DNA from: Vitrella brassicaformis CCMP3155
Taxonomy: Eukaryota; Protista; Chromerida
Direction: 5' to 3'
DNA: 64,000 bases
Assembly (NCBI GenBank): GCA_001179505.1
Contig: CDMY01000473.1
Span: forward strand, 1-64,000
In this document: one piece after another, positions 25,943-39,171 of the stretch
How the letters are laid out: every line of letters starts with the position of its first letter
Position numbering within the stretch: position 1 is the first letter of the stretch
Translations under genes and position numbers: made by a program
The notes under the pieces: generated by a model
Told to the model about the DNA's origin: nothing
What the model saw: the letters and a program-made list of their open reading frames with translations, nothing else
Database searches by the model: none

Positions 25943-26990
25943 GGTGGGTGGTTGGGTGTTTATATTGCATAGGTTTGTGCGTGTTTGTGTGTGGGTGTGG
26001 TGTGATGTGATCTGATGAACGATACTCTTTGCACAATGGACCTCTGAATAAAAAGCACGAGCACAGCACACACACCCGTCTGGCGTCGCAGTGCCTGCCT
26101 TTGCAGCTCACACGACCGGCCGGCCGGCCGGCCGGCCAGCAGGTGATGCGTGCAGGCAGGTGTCTATTCGTCAATAGCCTGCCTAACCTGCCTACACACA
26201 CACACACAGCCCTCTCTCCCCCACTCTCTCTCCTTACACCATTCACTGCTTCCGTGCTTGCTGCGTCATATATCTCTCTCTCTGTCTGCCGTTGTGGGGC
26301 TTCTCTGTTGGCCGCCGCAACATGGGACGCACGAGAGCGTTCAAGCCCCGAATGTCAAGAGTTGCAGCAGCAAGCCGAAGCGATCATAACTGCAGTCAGT
26401 GTGGCAGCACTGCCACACGAGAAGCAAGCCTTATCTCGTTCTGTCTGTTTCCTCCCTCCTGTCTCTCTTGTCCTGTCTTTGGTGCTGCATTCGTTGCATT
26501 GGCCTGGATATGGCGTCATGGTGACTCGGTCTCGCGCCCATGACGTGCAACGGACGAGCGCATTTAAACCTCGCCCGTGGGACGTCATCTGCTAAGAGAC
26601 CAAGTCAGCAGAACGACCACGAGATCCAGGAAGCAGCCCGGCCACAATCGAAAAGAACGGCAAAATAGTGCCACGGTTGACACGACAGACGGATGGATGG
26701 ATAAAAGACCCACACACACACGCCCCTCTCTCTCGTGCGTCGGTCTTTCTTACGTACGCAGCCACACACTTACACACAGAAAGACAGACAGACAGTATAG
26801 CCCCACAATGCATTCAATGCCGGCACACACGCAGAGCAGACAGAGACCCAACTGACTGACTGACTTGAATTACCTGCCTACCTATCCCCCAACCACCCCT
26901 CGCCACGACAGCCAGCCACAACAGACCAGCCACAATAGCCAGCCAGCCACAGCAGCCCAGCCACACCAGGCAGGCCATGTACACCAGTTA

Positions 26991-28205
26991 TCAATAAAGC
27001 TTCAGCGACAGCGTCATCACAGCCTACACCACATCACACAACACAACACAACACACAAACAACACATTTCCCGCCCATCCGCCACCCCGTGTGTCTGAGT
27101 GAGTGAGTGAGTGGATCTCCCCGCCACCTACCGTCAGGTGTCCCAGTTCCTCAGCGGACACCTCGTGCTTCCCATTGGGCACCACGTCGAAGGTCGCGTT
27201 GATGCCCCGCTGCCCCAGCATCTTCTTGAGCTTCTCGCCACACCCGGGAGGCGCCACCGTGTCGTTGGAGCCGTGCAGCAAAAACAGCTTCGAAAACTTG
27301 GCTGAGGGCGAGGTGGCCTTCTCGGCGAGAATGTCCAGAACCTTGCCGGGCAGCACCTGCATCCCGAAGCAGCACACACCGCCAATCGCCACCTGCAGGA
27401 ACACACAAAGGAAGAAGACACACTCAGGGGTGGCTGGGGTGGCTGGTGGAGATGGTTGTGGGTGTGGGTGCGGTTAAAGAAATACATCGAGTTGGGTGAG
27501 TGCGGTGAAAAGGGCGATGAGCGCGCCCTGGCCGACGCCGCCGAGCATGAGCTTCTCGGGTTCCTGTCGGTTCTCGCGCAGCTCACGCTTGATCAGCTGC
27601 GCCACCAACGCACAACTCTCCTCGATCTCACCTACAGGCAGACACACAGACACACACACAAGAGGTATATGTGTGTGTGTGTGTCTGTGTGTGTGTGTCT
27701 GTGTGTATACCGAGCGCCTGGAGCTCTTCGAGTTTGAGTTTCTCGTCGAGTGACCCGCCGGATCCGCCGCTATTGGACTTGGCCGCGGTGGTGTCGAAGA
27801 GGAAGTCGCCACACCACCAGCTCGGGTCCTCCTGCACACACATCATGCACACCGTAGTGGCAGGACCTGCCTGTTGTGTGCGTGCGTGTGCGTTGCGTGT
27901 GCTGCCTGCGGTGGGGTGACGGTGGGTGGCGCACATACGTCAGTTCCGACTGTCTTGGGTGCTGACGGGATGACCACCTTGACGTGCTCCAACACCTCAT
28001 CCCTTCACACACACACACACACAGGGAGTGGAGTGGTGGTTTCGTGTGTGGTGCTGTGCTCACGAGTCGGCTCGGCTCGCTTACTTGCTGAAGGACCGCT
28101 TGAAGAGCGAGAGGTACTCGTCGGGGATCTGGCCGAAGTCGTGCAGCCACACCAAGGTGGCCTTCTCGTCGCCCGCTGACTCACACTCGACAATGTGCAG
28201 ACCTG

Positions 28206-28237
<32 letters not shown>

Positions 28238-31143
28238 CAAGGCACACATCATGCGTGTCTTGCCTCTGAGATGAGAGTGTGTGTGTGCGTCCTTCCTGAC
28301 CTTCGAGAGTCTTCTTGATCTGCGTCTCGGGGATGTTCTGTGCAAACAGGGACTCCTCCAGCTCCCTGCATCCACACACAAACCAGCACACAAACACGTC
28401 CATCCCTCCATCCATCCATCCACTCATGCCGCGCCGCGCTCACTTGCTCTTGATGGCCTTGTTCTTCTCCTCGGCGGCCTTGGCCTGCAGGCCGGCTTCC
28501 TCCTCCTGGATGGTCGGCACAGCCAGCAACGGCTTGGCGATCCGGCCCTTCTCCGTCAAAAACTTCATAGCAGACTGCACACACACACACACACGCAGGT
28601 GGACAGATGCACACAGCAGAGAGTGCGGTGGGGTGGGGGTGGGATGGCTGGCTGACCGTGATATCGGTGAGGGGGAACTCTCGTGTCTGGATGGCGAGCT
28701 TCTTGTTGTCGATGAGCTTGGCGAAGGACTCCAGGTTCTCAACCATTCTAGATAGAAGCAGACACCACACCACACCCAACACCACACACACGTGTCGTGT
28801 CGTCATCCAGCCGCCAGTCACTCTCTCTCTCAGACGGAGGGGACAGACAGACTGACAGACTGACTTGGTTTGGTTCCTGCCGGACTCCAGCCATCGATTG
28901 AGGTAGAAGCTCTCAACCTTGATCTCAGAACTGCAGTCAGTCAGGCACCGTCCCACGTGTGTGAGTGACATTCATTATCTATCTCTCATATGTGTCGGTA
29001 GGTACCTTGCTTACCTGACGAGCATGTGCCAAGGGAGCTGGAAGGGCTGGCCGGACATGCCGCCGTAGACCACCACACGCCCACCCACATCGAGCGCCTG
29101 CGTCAGCTTGGCAGTGCTCGTGCTGCCCAACACGCAGTCCAGAGCCATCTTGGGCAGAGCCGCACCCTGCAGTCAGTGCAATCAGACAATGAGAGGGAGT
29201 TGGGTTGGTGCCTTGCCTTGCTCACTCACTGACCTCAGCGAGCAGTCTGTGTCTGATGGGGTCATCTTCGGCGAACACACGATTGGCGCCCAGCTCGTGA
29301 AGATGCTCAACCAGCGTCTCGAACGACGACTCGCTGTGACGACTGCACACACACCACACCACACATCCAAATGAATTCGCATCCGCGACTGTGTGTGCGT
29401 GTGAGTGTGGGTGTGGGTGTGGGTGGGGTACCGACCGTACCGGATGACGGCAATGGGTCTGAAGCCGATGAGTTTGGCGAGCTGGATGACCAGCTGCCCC
29501 ACCAGCCCGTTGGCTCCGTTGACGACCACGCCGTCGCCGGGCTGCAGGCTCTCGGAACACAGGTCCACCAGACGGTAAGCTGCACACACACACACATGGA
29601 GAAACAGAGATTCGCGCGTGCGCGTGGGCGTGTGTGTGCCCGCAGCTTACCGAGGTATAGTTCCTTTGCGAGTGCGGCATATTCGATGGGGATGAGTTCC
29701 TGGGGTATCTTCAGGAGGTCCCTCTCGCGCCACACGGCCGCCACCTGCCAAGTCCCCAGGGTGTCCTTCAGAGGCACCACCCAATCGCCCTCGCGCAAAT
29801 CCTTCACACCGGGGCCGACCTTCTCAACCACAGCCACACCCTCTGCACACACACACACACAGATTGGTTTTTTGGGTGCGGCGGAGGGCGCGGAAGGCTC
29901 ACCAGAGCCGAGGATGGTGCGGTCTCCGGCGATTGTGCCGTAGTTGTAGGCGGCACTGGTGTGGCCGAGTGGGAGGGCGCTTGTTGTGCTGTCCTGGTGC
30001 CAGCTGCGCAACACGTCCTCGCCAGCACTGATGCGATTCATCCACACCACCAGCCACACACACACATGAGATGAGATGAGCACATCACTACACTCAGAGA
30101 GGCCTGGCCTTGCCTTCTGTCTGTCTCTCCCTTCCTTACGCCATGAGAGTGATGTCATAGGGGTTGACGGCCGCATATCTGATGTTGACGAGCACCTCGC
30201 CCCACTCCAGCTCGGGCCTCAGCTTGACCGTGATGGTCTCGCACAGCCTGGAAGGGTCGTCCATGACGTCGCTCCGCTTGCTGATCTTGATGTCCTTCCG
30301 GCGAACCACCTTCTGCGTCGCGTGCCGGCACCGGTGCGGCACCGTCTCGTAGGACGTCTTGCAGGTGCCCAGACGATCCAGAATGATGTCGTCCGTTATC
30401 AGCTGACATAACAATGGGCAGACAGACAGGAGCCAGGCAAGGCGAGACAAGGGAGCAGAGTGTGCGGTTCGAAGTGGGGACAAGTAAGGGTAGAGAGGAG
30501 AGGACGTGTGTACCGAGTCCTTCTGGTTTCTGGATCTGAGCCACTCCTGGAAGCCCTCCTCGTGGGTCTGGTCGCCCTTTGGCCGCACCAGCCGCTCGGC
30601 CACGTCGATGACGTTGGCGTCCGACGCCTTGTCGCCACCGCCGGCCTTGCCGCCCTTGCCCTTGCTGAAGCTCTCCATGAACTCCTCCTCAGCCGACCTG
30701 ACCGCACGGCCGGTCTTGTCGTAGTGGGCACGGAGCTTGCCGTCAGACAACACCTGGGGGACACACAGACAGAGAGACGGAAGGGGATTGTGTGTGTGTG
30801 TGTGTGTGTGTTGGGTGGTGGCGTGGATTGTCTGGCAGTGCAGTTCCCGACCGACCTCATAGGCCTTGTTGATGTTTTGGAAGACGGTGGGGTCTCCGCC
30901 CTTGTCCGGGTGCTCCTTGACCGCCTTCTGCCGAAACGCCTGGAGGGTACACACACAACACACAACACACCACACGCAGCGCAACACGCACACACAATGC
31001 ACTGCACCACATGCGAGGCGATGCAGCCTTCTCATCTCAGCCTGGCTCGTGTCTGTCTGACTGACCTTGCGGATCTCGGCGAGGGGGGCGGTTTTGTCGA
31101 CGCCGAGGACGGCATAGAGGTCCAGATCTCCTTGGCCAGACAT
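26991..31143 (-). CDS. Triple fusion: DnaJ J-domain + MECR/Etr1-like medium-chain reductase + APT1/LYPLA-like alpha/beta-hydrolase (nucleophile Ser replaced by Gly)
   Basis: J: LYAVLGVDKT..AFRQKAVKEHPDKGGDPTVFQNINKAYEVLSD. MDR: VNPYDI..NYG..GSEGVAVVEKVGPGV..GDWV, NGANGLVGQLVIQLAK, YGGMSGQP. Hydrolase: LVWLHDFG, VIPSAP, GGVGQGA, HGSNDTV, KHEV. All splice phases were checked and are in frame; last exon AVMTLSLKLY* at 27023-26991. Confidence 0.88.
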
Positions 31144-31791
31144 CCTATCCTCACTCACACACCTGCTTCAGTCGAGATATATGCCGCTCCTTGCTGCACA
31201 ACCGCAACCACACAGGGACGAGCAGATCTGTGTGGCGGACTCGGTTTAGGCAGGGCAGGCAGGAGACTGACTGACTGACTCAGTGCGGGTGTGACAGTGT
31301 ACTGTACGGGGGATGTAAGCGTTGCCACTGCCGACTGACTCACTGAGTCTGCTTTTCAGCAAGCGATGACGGGAGCCACGAGCCCTTCCCTCCGTCTACA
31401 CGGCGGGCGAAGATCTGCTCTCGAGTTTTTTTCTCTCCTGCGAGCTCTTGAGGTCGCCTGCGAGCTGAGCTTGCAGAGCAGCGAAGGATCTGGGCGCCTT
31501 TATCTCCTCAGCGCTTCCTTAGACACGCCTCGGGTGCGTCTGCGCTGTGTCGCACCTTATCGCCAATTATCAACCTTCTTATCCACGTCAACGGTCGCGA
31601 GCGTTGCATGACCTCGAAGGGTGCTCGGGGGAGCGGCGCGCGAGGAGGGGCGATGGCGGGCGCCACAGCGCACACCACCCAAGTATTTGCGCGCAGGTGA
31701 CGGACTGACTGACCCGCGGCCGGCCGCAGACGACAGACAAGACCCAACGAAGTATTTTCCGCCCGTCCGTCATCCTTCGGAACAGAGGAGG

Positions 31792-34700
31792 ATGGTGTGC
31801 GGCGCGGCGCCCGGCCGCTCTCCGGCACCAGCAGAGAGGAGCCGGCATTGCGGCAAGGAGCGGCCCTCTCAGCCCGCCCACCCTGTGTGTGCTGGTGGTG
31901 GTGGTGGTGGCTGTGCGGCGGCGCCATTTAGTGCGAGCAGCAACTTGAAGAAGCGGCGGCTTCTGCAGACGGCTGGTGAGAGGCCTGCCGCCTCGCCGCC
32001 TGACCGACATGGCCGACAGACAGCCCGGAGAGGCGCGGCGGTCAGCTGTGGGGATGGGGGTGGCGGTTTGGGTGAGACGGGGGAGTCCGAGTGTCTTTCT
32101 CCAGACTATGACGACGACCGGCCGGCGAGAGCAAAAACGCGGCCTCGGCCTCGCCCGCAGAGAGGAAGAATGTGCTGCTCACCCTCGCGCCAATCCGACC
32201 CTCCCTTCCCCGTGAGATCCTACGATGACGACCAGAACGGCCTCTCTCACCGGCCATCATCCCGTGTGTGTGCTGATCATCTGCTGACGGGATCCCCCCA
32301 CCGCTCCCCTGTTGCCTCCCGCCGACACACACACTCTCGGCAGCTGAAGCGACGGAGGCTGTTGTGGGTGGTGACATGTCTGCTTGGCTTGCTGCTCTGC
32401 TGGTGGCCGCCCTTCTTGGCGGCAGTGGGGGGCCAGCATAATCCAGGGCCGCCCGACGATGGCTCTGAATGGTGGGAGGGAGAGGATGGCGGAGAGGGAG
32501 AGGGCGAGGTGACGACGCCGCCCCCGATCGACTCGCAGATGTGCGTGTCGCCCCCTGCGACGAACTGCAACGCTCTCGACGGCATCGACAAGTCGCGCAA
32601 TCCCTCGTACGACCTCACCTGCCCCGGCCGGGACTGCTTCAAGTCATTCTGCTGCCGATACGAGATCGACAAGGACATCCTCACCCTGCTGGAGGACGAC
32701 AGTGGCGAGCAGCACGATGATGAACACGAGCACCAGCGTCAGTTCCAGCACCACCAGAGGAGGTGTCAGGAGGTGGAGGACTGCTTTGCGGTGGAGGGCG
32801 TGGCTGTGGAGCGGAACCCCAGAAGGGACGTCGAGTGCCGCGAGGGCAGCGACGGCTGTGTCGGCAGCTTCTGCTGCAGGTACGAGCTGCTAGGGAGCAA
32901 TGGCGCTGCCACGGAGGCCGCAACGCCCAAGACCATCGACGGTGAGGCGAGCCAACCGAGCGAGCACCGAATCAAATCGTGTGTACATCGACCCTCCCTC
33001 CCTGTGTGTGGGGTGTGTTGTGGTGTGTGGTGTGGTGTGCAGAGGGGTTACATTTGGATGGGTCTCTCGGGTGTGACGCCAAGGCAGACACAGACCAAGA
33101 CGGCACACCCGACTGCCAGGGTCAGATAACACAACACAACACAACACAACACATCACGACACAGCCACTTGAACACGGGCATGGCATCCATGTCCTCTAC
33201 ACATGTGCCTGCCTGCCTGCCTGTGTGACGCCAGACGGCTGTCCGCTGGACCCTGTCAAAGTGGAGGGCGGCAGGTGCGGCTGCGGACACGACGACTTCG
33301 ACCCCAAATGCGGATGGCAACGTACGCAACACCCACACACACCCTCCCTCCCAAGACACCCCTTCCAACGCCCTTGCTCCTCTCCTCTGCTCTCGTGTGT
33401 GTGCCCACAGCTGCCCTCGGCGCCTGTTTTGACGGAGGTCGTGACTACGGAGGCGACTACGTCCCGCAGTACCACCCCGTGGGCGCGTGGAGCCCCCCCC
33501 TGTCCGGCAGGGTCCCCTCCTCGCCAGAGGAGTGCCAGGAGGAGTGCCGGCAGCACCCATCCTGCCTCTCCTTCTCCTTCTCCTTCACCACCACCCACGG
33601 GTGCTTCCTCAAAGCCGACCCCGCCAGCAACGCCACCGAGAATGCCGCTGTGGTGTCCGGCCCCAAGAAGTGCACCGGGGCGGGCCACGCCTTCCAGTGC
33701 CCCTCGTCCATCCCCAATGGCTGGTGCCAGCAGCTCTGCGAGAAGACCCCGGGGGGCGTGCGGTGCAAGTGTGTGTGCATCTGCGAGAAGGGCTACCAGC
33801 TGTCGCTGTCGTCGGTGTCGTCGGTGGAGGGCGGGGACACACAGGATCCTGACCATGACTCTTCCTCCACTGTGTCGGCTCTGGGACGCCTGGACGGCTT
33901 GGAGTGGCCGTCATACCGCCGTCGAGGGCTCGGCGAGGCGGCTGGGGGCGGGGGCGGTGTTGCCGTGTCGCGTGCCTGCGTCGGTAAGTCGGGGAAGGTG
34001 GGCGTGATTGGTTTACTTAGTGTGCTGTGCTGTGCTGTGTTGCCTTGTGGTGTTTTGCCTTGGCTTACTTCCTGGGTGACATGCCATGCCCCACAGATGT
34101 GGACGAGTGCGCGTTGGGGTCGTCTTGGTGCAGCGGTGGCTGCAACAATACCAAGGGAGGCTACGACTGCTACTGCGACCCGCCACTGCTCCTCGACAGC
34201 GACGGCAAGACCTGCAAAGGTCGGTCACACAACACAACACGAACCACACACTGACTGACTGACTGACACATACGCAACACAACACAACACCCACAATGGC
34301 AGCCATCCGTCCTCTGCCTGCCGTCTTGATGCTCGTGTGTGTGTGGTTTGCAGATCCAGAGGGCTCACAGGAAAGGGACCCCCCCACCACCCATCAAGAC
34401 AGCAACGACACAGGGAGGAGCGGTGCAGCCGAGCTGGAGTCAGAGGACCCACCCCCCCAGCTGTCCTCCCCCGACCCCCCCTCGCCCCCCGCTCCCGCCT
34501 CACCCCATGTGTCAAGCGTCCANNNNNNNNNNNNNNNNNNNNNNNNNNNNNNNNNNNNNNNNNNNNNNNNNNNNNNNNNNNNNNNNNNNNNNNNNNNNNN
34601 NNNNNNNNNNNNNNNNNNNNNNNNNNNNNNNNNNNNNNNNNNNNNNNNNNNNNNNNNNNNNNNNNNNNNNNNNNNNNNNNNNNNNNNNNNNNNNNNNNNN

Positions 34701-37468
34701 NNNNNNNNNNNNNNNNNNNNNNNNNNNNNNNNNNNNNNNNNNNNNNNNNNNNNNNNNNNNNNNNNNNNNNNNNNNNNNNNNNNNNNNNNNNNNNNNNNNN
34801 NNNNNNNNNNNNNNNNNNNNNNCCCCTCGCCCCCCGCTCCCGCCTCACCCCATGTGTCAAGCGTCCACACGTCCACCTGCATCGCCTGCTGCTGCCAGTG
34901 GATGCAGGCCGACGTCCACTGGGGCTCGCAACTGCCGCCCAAACCCTCCCCAGAGATCAGATTCTTCCGTCTGGTGCCGGAGTTCTACCCCTCCATCGCT
35001 CACCTCAGCTACTTCGGCTTCCCGGAGGTCTATGACGTCTCGGCATCGGCCAGCAGCGGGCACATGGAGGTCTGTGAGCTGCAGTTGCTCGCGGCGCAGT
35101 CGGCGCCCAACAGCACGGCCACAGCGGACCTCTGCAGCCTCACCACCCACTTGCCCCCAAACACAACAACGCGGTTCTCAATCTCTGCCTACTCAGAGGG
35201 CGGGCCCGGCCCACCGGCCTACACCGAGTGGATCTTCACCCAGGCCCTCAGGAAGCCTGCCGTCAACGTGACGGTCGCGGCACAGCCGGGCCGCATTGAG
35301 ACGGGGCAGACGGTGTCCGTGACGGTGTCCTTTGCGAAGCTGGGAAGCGAGCAGCTTTATGTGAGCGAGCTGGCGGCCATGGGGCTGACGTCGCTGCATC
35401 TCGTGGCCCTCGCTGAGCCGGAGAGTGGGTGGTACCTGGCGCGCCACCACGACCTCATTGCGCACTGGTGGGGCGGCGCGTCTTCGTGGCACCAGCTGCC
35501 GCAATCCGCCATCCGCCACCTGATCGACCAGAACCCACACACGGTGTGGAAGGCGCACGACCCCTGCGACCCCTCCCTGCCGCCCTCCTCCTCCCTCCGT
35601 CCAGTGCCGCCCCTGCCAGCCAAAGCCAAAGAGGTCTCGGCCAACAGGCAGGCACCTGCCGGGCTGCGGCTGGTGTTCGGGCGGCCTCTGTGTCTCCGGG
35701 GTGTGGTGCTCGAGTGGTATGCGCACGCACAGCCGCAGCTGGTGCGGCTGGAGGTCAAGGCGGCCATCAGCCCGTCGTGGTTTCCGGTGTCGGCGCAGAG
35801 CGGAGCGCGGCGGTGCGATGGCGACAGGAAGGATGAGCTGCTGTTGCCGGAATACCTGATGGGCCGGGTGAGTGGAGTGGGGAAGCACACGGAGAGAGAC
35901 AGACAGACAGACAGACACATATAGGGAGACACACACACATCTTCCCTCTCTCTCTCTCTCTCTATGGTTTATTAGGTTGAGGCCATCCAGCTGTACTTCG
36001 CCCACACCTGTGCCTCATCCCACTCGTCGACCACCGGTGGGGGCCACTCCCGCTGCGCCGACGACTCCTCCAGCAGCCACCAGCCCTTCTCATTCGCTCT
36101 TCGCAACATCAAACTGGAGGAGTGCGCAGCCGAGCTCGGCAGCTGGTCGCTCCCCCTCCCCACCACATACGCCGCCGCCAGCAGCAATGGCAACGGCAGC
36201 AGCGCCAATGCCACGGACGAGGAGGCGTTGGTGCCGATCGAGCGGCTGCAGGAGAACCCCGTGACGGTGAATGTGACGGTTGGGACCATCGACACGTGGC
36301 GAGTGCTGTTCCGCATCCGGCAGCCGCCTGCGCATCTGCTCTTGGCCAACATGGGGGCGGGGGAGGGCAATGTGGTGACGGTGAAGCCTACAGAGGGGCG
36401 GGTCATACCAACCTACCCTCCTGTGGTCAGCAGGGAGGGAGAAGGAGAACAGACAGACAGACAGAGAATACCGCTCTCATGACGTCGATGTGTGTGTGTG
36501 TGTGGTGTCGTGATATATATATATGTGCAGGATGATCTGCCGATGGAGGATGAGCTGGAGATCACCGAGGGGTATGAGAGCGTCGAGCATCCGCGGCTGG
36601 AGGTGTCTCGGGACAGCCAGCCGCTCAAGGGCTCCCTCGTGACAAAGGTAGCGTAGCGACAATCACCACCTCAATGCATTGAAATGAGGGAGTGCGCGTG
36701 TACTTATTGCCTTGGATTGCCGTGGTGGGGTGGTGCGGTGTTGTTCAGGAGCGTGACTCGTCGGCGCTCGACGCCTCCTCGCAGCACATCGGTGTGGTGC
36801 TGGGCATCCTGATCCCGGTCACCCTCGTCACCATCGCCTTCATCCTCCTCTCCGCCTACAGACACCACCCCTGCGTCACCAAGACTCGTTCCTCCATCAC
36901 CTCACTCCTACGAGAGCGGGGCCTCCTCCCCGCCACCATGGCCGACTCACCAGTGCCGTCATCCCTCCCGTCGACCTGCCAGACCACCATTGTCGACACA
37001 CACGGAGGCATGACTCACCACCACATGCCGCCGCCGGCGATCGTCGCGTTGCCAGAGGCCAGCAGCGACTCGGGCGGGGGCAAGAGCAGCAGAGGGTTCC
37101 AGAGGCTGGGGCTGGGGAGGGGCCGTGTGTCGATAGTGGAGATCCCCAGCTCTCGGGGCGGGGTGGACCACCCCGCCAATACGCAGCAGCCGGTGACGGC
37201 CGTGCGTCTGCCACCGGTGCGGCACTTCACCCTTTCCCACGGGTGGTTCCCTCAGGTGGGGGGGCCGATCGGGGGGTATGGGTTTATCGGCACGCAGCTG
37301 ACGCCGATAGCCGAGGAGGAGATTGGCGAGGGTGGTCAAGGGTGTTGCGGGAAGAAAGATGGCAGCCACATGGACCTGCGGCAGCCCGACGGTGACCGTG
37401 CGAGCGAAGAGACTGGGGAGGGGGATGGCGATTGCGACGAGGGCGAGAAATCCCCTTTGACCATCTGA
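31792..37468 (+). CDS. Multidomain type I membrane adhesin-like protein (Cys-rich CC repeats, TSP3-like, PAN/Apple, EGF x2, FN3-like, discoidin-like, TM, tail); start uncertain (31792 or 32170)
   Basis: Hydrophobic LLWVVTCLLGLLLCWWPPFLAAVGG; DTDQDGTPDCQ|DGCPLDPVKVEGGRCGCG; Apple ECQEECRQHPSCLSFSF..GCFLK..VVSGPKKC; cbEGF DVDECALGSSWCSGGCNNTKGGYDCYCDPPLLLDSDGKTC; TM IGVVLGILIPVTLVTIAFILLSAY; stop at 37468. Confidence 0.8.
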
Positions 37469-38932
37469 TGCGACGCTTAACGCTTGACGCTTGACTGACG
37501 CCTTGATGCTTGATGGCTTGATGCGCTGCATGGTGTGGTGGATGGGATGGACGAGGCGAGGGGAGTTTATGTGTATTATATATCTTGTGGTGATGCTGCT
37601 GCTGCTGCTGCCGTGTGTTGGTGTCTTGTGCCATTCATTGTGCCATTCGTGGTGTTGGCCTGCCTGCCTTGTTGAAGGAATCTGTGTGCTGTGCGTGCTG
37701 TGCGTGTGTGGATTGGATGGGATTGGCTCGGATTGTGGACCATTGATTGATTCTTTTGTCACTGGATGTCTTTTTGGCGCTGCGTTTGCGACCCTTTGTG
37801 AGCGGACGGATGGATGGACGAATGGATGGCATGAGCGTGGTCCTTTTATGAGTCGGTACCTGTAGGTAGGCAGGCAGGCCAGCAGCAAAGACGAGGGCGG
37901 TTTTTTCTTTGTGACGGCTGGCCGGCTGCTGGGAGGGGTGGGGGAGGGGCTGCTGCTCAGGTAGTAGTATTTTTCCATGCGTGTGTGGCTGTGGTGTGTG
38001 GGTGTGTGTGGGTGAATTGCATTGCGTGATGAATGCGACAGATGACAGGTGCGACGGTACGGTCGGTGCGCTTCGTGGGGATTTTCTCTCTGCCTCGGTT
38101 GGGACCCTCCCCCCTGTCTGTCTGTTGGTTGGTTGGTTGGCTGGCGTCTTGTGACAATACACACACACGCATTGCATTGCATTCGCTCACTCACTAACTC
38201 TTGCCCTTATTGGATTCGTACGACCGACGCCTGGCGCCTGACTTTTGCCCTGTGTGATGTGTGTGGTGTGTTTTGTGTGGTGTGTGTGTGAGGGTACAGT
38301 CGCTAGCCATAAAGTAGGTAGCCTGTCATATGTGCCTCTCTCTGTCTCTCTGTCTGTGTCTCTGCCTGCCTGAATGAAGTCCTTTGCCTGCCGGTGATGC
38401 GTTGGGTTGGGTTGGGTTGTGTGTGGAGCGAGGGGGAGACGTACGTTGTGGAGGTTGGTTGGGCTGTGTTGGCTGCTGCGAAGGGCGGGCGGGCGACTGG
38501 GGCGGCGCGGCGAGGGGGCATACATACATACGTTTTGATCAACCAGCCAGCCAACCAAGTAACTAAGTAAGTAATAGTCCCGGCAGGGCAGGGCGGTGGG
38601 TGTGTATGGTCCGTCGGGTCGGTAGGGGTACCGAAGTGAGGATGGATGTGTTGTAGCTAGCGTAGCCTCTGTCTCCTTATCTTATCGTGTGTGTGTGCGT
38701 GTGTGTGTACTCTACGTGCGTCCTGAGTCTTTTCCGTGATTGCCTGGCTGCCTACATGACGGATGGAGTGAGTGAGTGCATGGAGGCACAAAACGGATGG
38801 CCCCCCGCCCCTCTCCTTATGTGTATGTGTATGTGTGTCTGTATCTGTGTGTGTGTGTGTACCTTACCTTCTGTGTGTAATAGCTAACACGTACCATCAC
38901 GACCATTCAGTGTACTGTGCAGCCCTCTCTCT

Positions 38933-38963
<31 letters not shown>

Positions 38964-39138
38964 CATTGTGCATATCAGTCCATATCTGCGTGCCTCCCTC
39001 CCTCGCTCCCGTATCCATTTAGCTGTGCCCCCCTCTCCCCGTGTGTGTGTGTCTGTGTGTGCGTGTGTGCGCATAACTAACCAACACGCCCATACGCACA
39101 CAAGACACACGGGAAGGGCTGATGGCAAAACGGCAACC

Positions 39139-39171
<33 letters not shown>

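Noticed and set aside
34479-34866. Tandem duplication of the PSPPAPASPHVSSV segment in the adhesin
   Set aside because: The identical ~44 nt flank a 300-N placeholder, which indicates an unmerged contig overlap.
37300-37468. TRAP-family aldolase-binding tail on the adhesin
   Set aside because: The tail is acidic but lacks the subterminal Trp.
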